Positions 62,391 to 64,000 of a stretch of 64,000 nucleotides of DNA are shown piece by piece (the stretch's first letter is position 1; each line of letters opens with the position of its first letter). The position numbers were made by a program, and so were the translations under genes. Source of the DNA: Betaproteobacteria bacterium. GTDB taxonomy: Bacteria; Pseudomonadota; Gammaproteobacteria; Burkholderiales; SG8-39. Location of the stretch: NCBI GenBank assembly GCA_005881575.1, contig VBCA01000015.1:16322-80321 (forward strand), written 5' to 3'. The notes below the pieces were generated by a model. The model made no database searches and was not told the DNA's origin. It worked only from the letters and a program-made list of their open reading frames with translations.

Positions 62391-63722
62391 TCAAGCCTGC
62401 GCCGGGTCGGGCGGCGGCGACGCGCTCTTGTGCCGGCGGCGGCGACGCCGGCGGCCCTTCCGCTCGCCCGGCTGCGGCGCCATGAGCATCGCCTGGCGCT
62501 CGGCCTCGCCCGAGTGCTGAAATTTTTCCCACCATTGCGCGAGTTCCTCGGGCGCCTCGCCGCTGCCGCTCCTCAGCACGAGGAAGTCGAATCCGGCCCG
62601 GAATCTTTCGTGCGCGAGGAGGCCGAAGGGACGGCGGCCGCTCCTCTGCTCGAAGCGCGGCTGCAGCGCCCAGATCTCCTTCATCACCGCGGTGAGGCGG
62701 CGCGGAACGGCGAGCTTGTCGGTCTGGATGTCGAGCACGGTGTCCATCGCCTCGAACAGGGCCGGGATCGGCTTCAGCCCCCGCTGCTCGGCTTTTTTCC
62801 ACGCCGCGAGCACTTCGTGCCACAGCAGCGCCGCGAACAGGAACGCGGGCGACACCGACTTTCCCGAACGCACGCGGCTGTCGGTCTGCTCGAGCGCGAG
62901 AGTGACGAAGCGCTCGCCCATCGGCTGCTCGAAGATGACGTCGAGCAGGGGCAGCAGCCCATGATGCAGGCCTTCGCTGCGCAGTTCGCGCAGGCCCGTC
63001 GCAGCGTGGCCCGAGAGCAGCAGCTTCTGCATTTCCTCGTAGACCCGGGACGGGGGGACGTTCCCCACCAGGTGAGCGAGCTCGCGTATCGGTTTTCGCG
63101 TGCGCTCGTCGATGGAGAATCCCGCCTTCGCGGCAAAGCGCACGGCGCGCAGCATCCGTAGCGGGTCTTCCCGGTAGCGGGCGCGCGCGTCGCCGATGAT
63201 GCGCACGGATTTCCGCTGCAGGTCCCGGAGGCCATTGTGGTAGTCGAGGAGAGTCTCGCTCGCCGGATCGTAATACAGCGCGTTGATGGTGAAGTCGCGG
63301 CGGATGGAATCGTCCTCGCGCGTGCCGTAGATGTTGTCGCGAAGCACCCGACCGTGCTCGTCGGTCTCCGCGGGGGTGCGCGCGCGGAAGGTCGAGACCT
63401 CGACGGTTTCCTCGCCGAACATCACGTGCACGAGCTTGAACCGCTTCCCGATGAGGCGCGAGCGCCGGAAGAGCTTGTGCACCTCTTCGGGATAGGCGTC
63501 TGTGGCGACGTCGAAGTCCTTGGGCCGAAGGCCGAGCAGCAGATCGCGCACCGCGCCGCCCACGACATACGCCTGATGGCCTTGGGCGTGCAGCACCTCG
63601 CAGACCTTGCGCGAGCCCTGCGAGATCGCCTCGCGGCCGATGCCGTGCTGCGCCTTCGGGACGGTTCTCGGCTCGGAGCCGGAGCCGAACCGCAGGACGC
63701 GCCGGATGAATTTCTTGATCAA
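62391..63722 (-). CDS. pcnB: poly(A) polymerase I
   Basis: VGGAVRD, PKDFDVAT, LIGKRFKLVHV, RRDFTINAL, EDPLRMLRA, RRRRRR tail; TTG start overlapping upstream stop (TTGA). Confidence 0.95.
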   Translation of the reverse strand: MIKKFIRRVLRFGSGSEPRTVPKAQHGIGREAISQGSRKVCEVLHAQGHQAYVVGGAVRDLLLGLRPKDFDVATDAYPEEVHKLFRRSRLIGKRFKLVHVMFGEETVEVSTFRARTPAETDEHGRVLRDNIYGTREDDSIRRDFTINALYYDPASETLLDYHNGLRDLQRKSVRIIGDARARYREDPLRMLRAVRFAAKAGFSIDERTRKPIRELAHLVGNVPPSRVYEEMQKLLLSGHAATGLRELRSEGLHHGLLPLLDVIFEQPMGERFVTLALEQTDSRVRSGKSVSPAFLFAALLWHEVLAAWKKAEQRGLKPIPALFEAMDTVLDIQTDKLAVPRRLTAVMKEIWALQPRFEQRSGRRPFGLLAHERFRAGFDFLVLRSGSGEAPEELAQWWEKFQHSGEAERQAMLMAPQPGERKGRRRRRRRHKSASPPPDPAQA

Positions 63723-64000
63723 GAGGGAAGAAAACTCCCGGTGCCCGCAGCTTCCAGCCGGCACTGGTACAGCGCTTCGAGGTTGGCTTGGGTGAGCATG
63801 TCGCTTGAGCGCCCCAGGCTCGCGCGGCCCGCATCATACAGTAAAACCGCAAAGCCGCAGTGCCGAGCGGCGTGTCCGGGCTCGTGCAGCGCCGCGAGCA
63901 CCGTCTTTCCGCCGGACGCGCACCCGGAGAGGGTTCGCATCACCTGCACCTGGTGGCGCAGGTCGAGATGCTGCAGCGGCTCGTCGAGCAGCAGGATGTC
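63719..64000 (-). CDS. iron-chelate/cobalamin-type ABC ATP-binding protein, C-terminal part
   Basis: ILLLDEPLQHLDLRHQ, ALHEP, LEALY; 5' end outside window. Confidence 0.85.
   Translation of the reverse strand, partial: DILLLDEPLQHLDLRHQVQVMRTLSGCASGGKTVLAALHEPGHAARHCGFAVLLYDAGRASLGRSSDMLTQANLEALYQCRLEAAGTGSFLPS

Noticed and set aside
63719-63764. Non-canonical AUU initiation of pcnB as in E. coli
   Set aside because: An in-frame TTG overlapping the upstream stop (TTGA) explains initiation
61330-63852. 840-aa minus-strand ORF and similar long alternative-frame or antisense ORFs (e.g. 33111-35504, 29137-31401, 17463-19520, 14348-16279)
   Set aside because: Arg/Ala/Pro-rich shadow frames overlapping well-supported genes; expected from stop-codon scarcity in high-GC DNA

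Overview
High-GC betaproteobacterial-type chromosomal window, densely coding and mostly housekeeping: beta-oxidation fadE/fadI/fadJ, pbpG, egtD, lutAB, corA, mnmA, purB, cytochrome c', queA-tgt-yajC-secDF, tRNA-Leu(CAA), ctaA, panB/panC/panE-like, dnk, folK and pcnB. Four accessory modules sit among these genes. (1) A two-partner-secretion cassette (tpsB-tpsA-FecR-domain protein-GT-B glycosyltransferase) lies between fadJ and the acyl-CoA thioesterase. tpsA has its own promoter with a near-consensus CRP-type site, and both TpsA and the FecR protein end in a near-terminal Cys. (2) A dialkylresorcinol-type cluster (darA, darB, BtrH-like, ABC exporter, ACP, atypical KS plus KS-like partner) lies between pcnB and folK. 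(3) A small regulatory island lies between dnk and folK. It holds a histidine kinase whose input domain resembles a stressosome RsbR N-terminal domain, a NarL-type regulator, and a duplicated ~140-bp promoter/leader driving secreted proteins; one motif is shared by all three promoters. (4) A sigma-54/IHF-type promoter drives an unannotated 58-aa membrane peptide followed by a terminator. No CRISPR array, transposase, integrase or prophage was seen. Family assignments come from motif recognition by eye, not from database searches.
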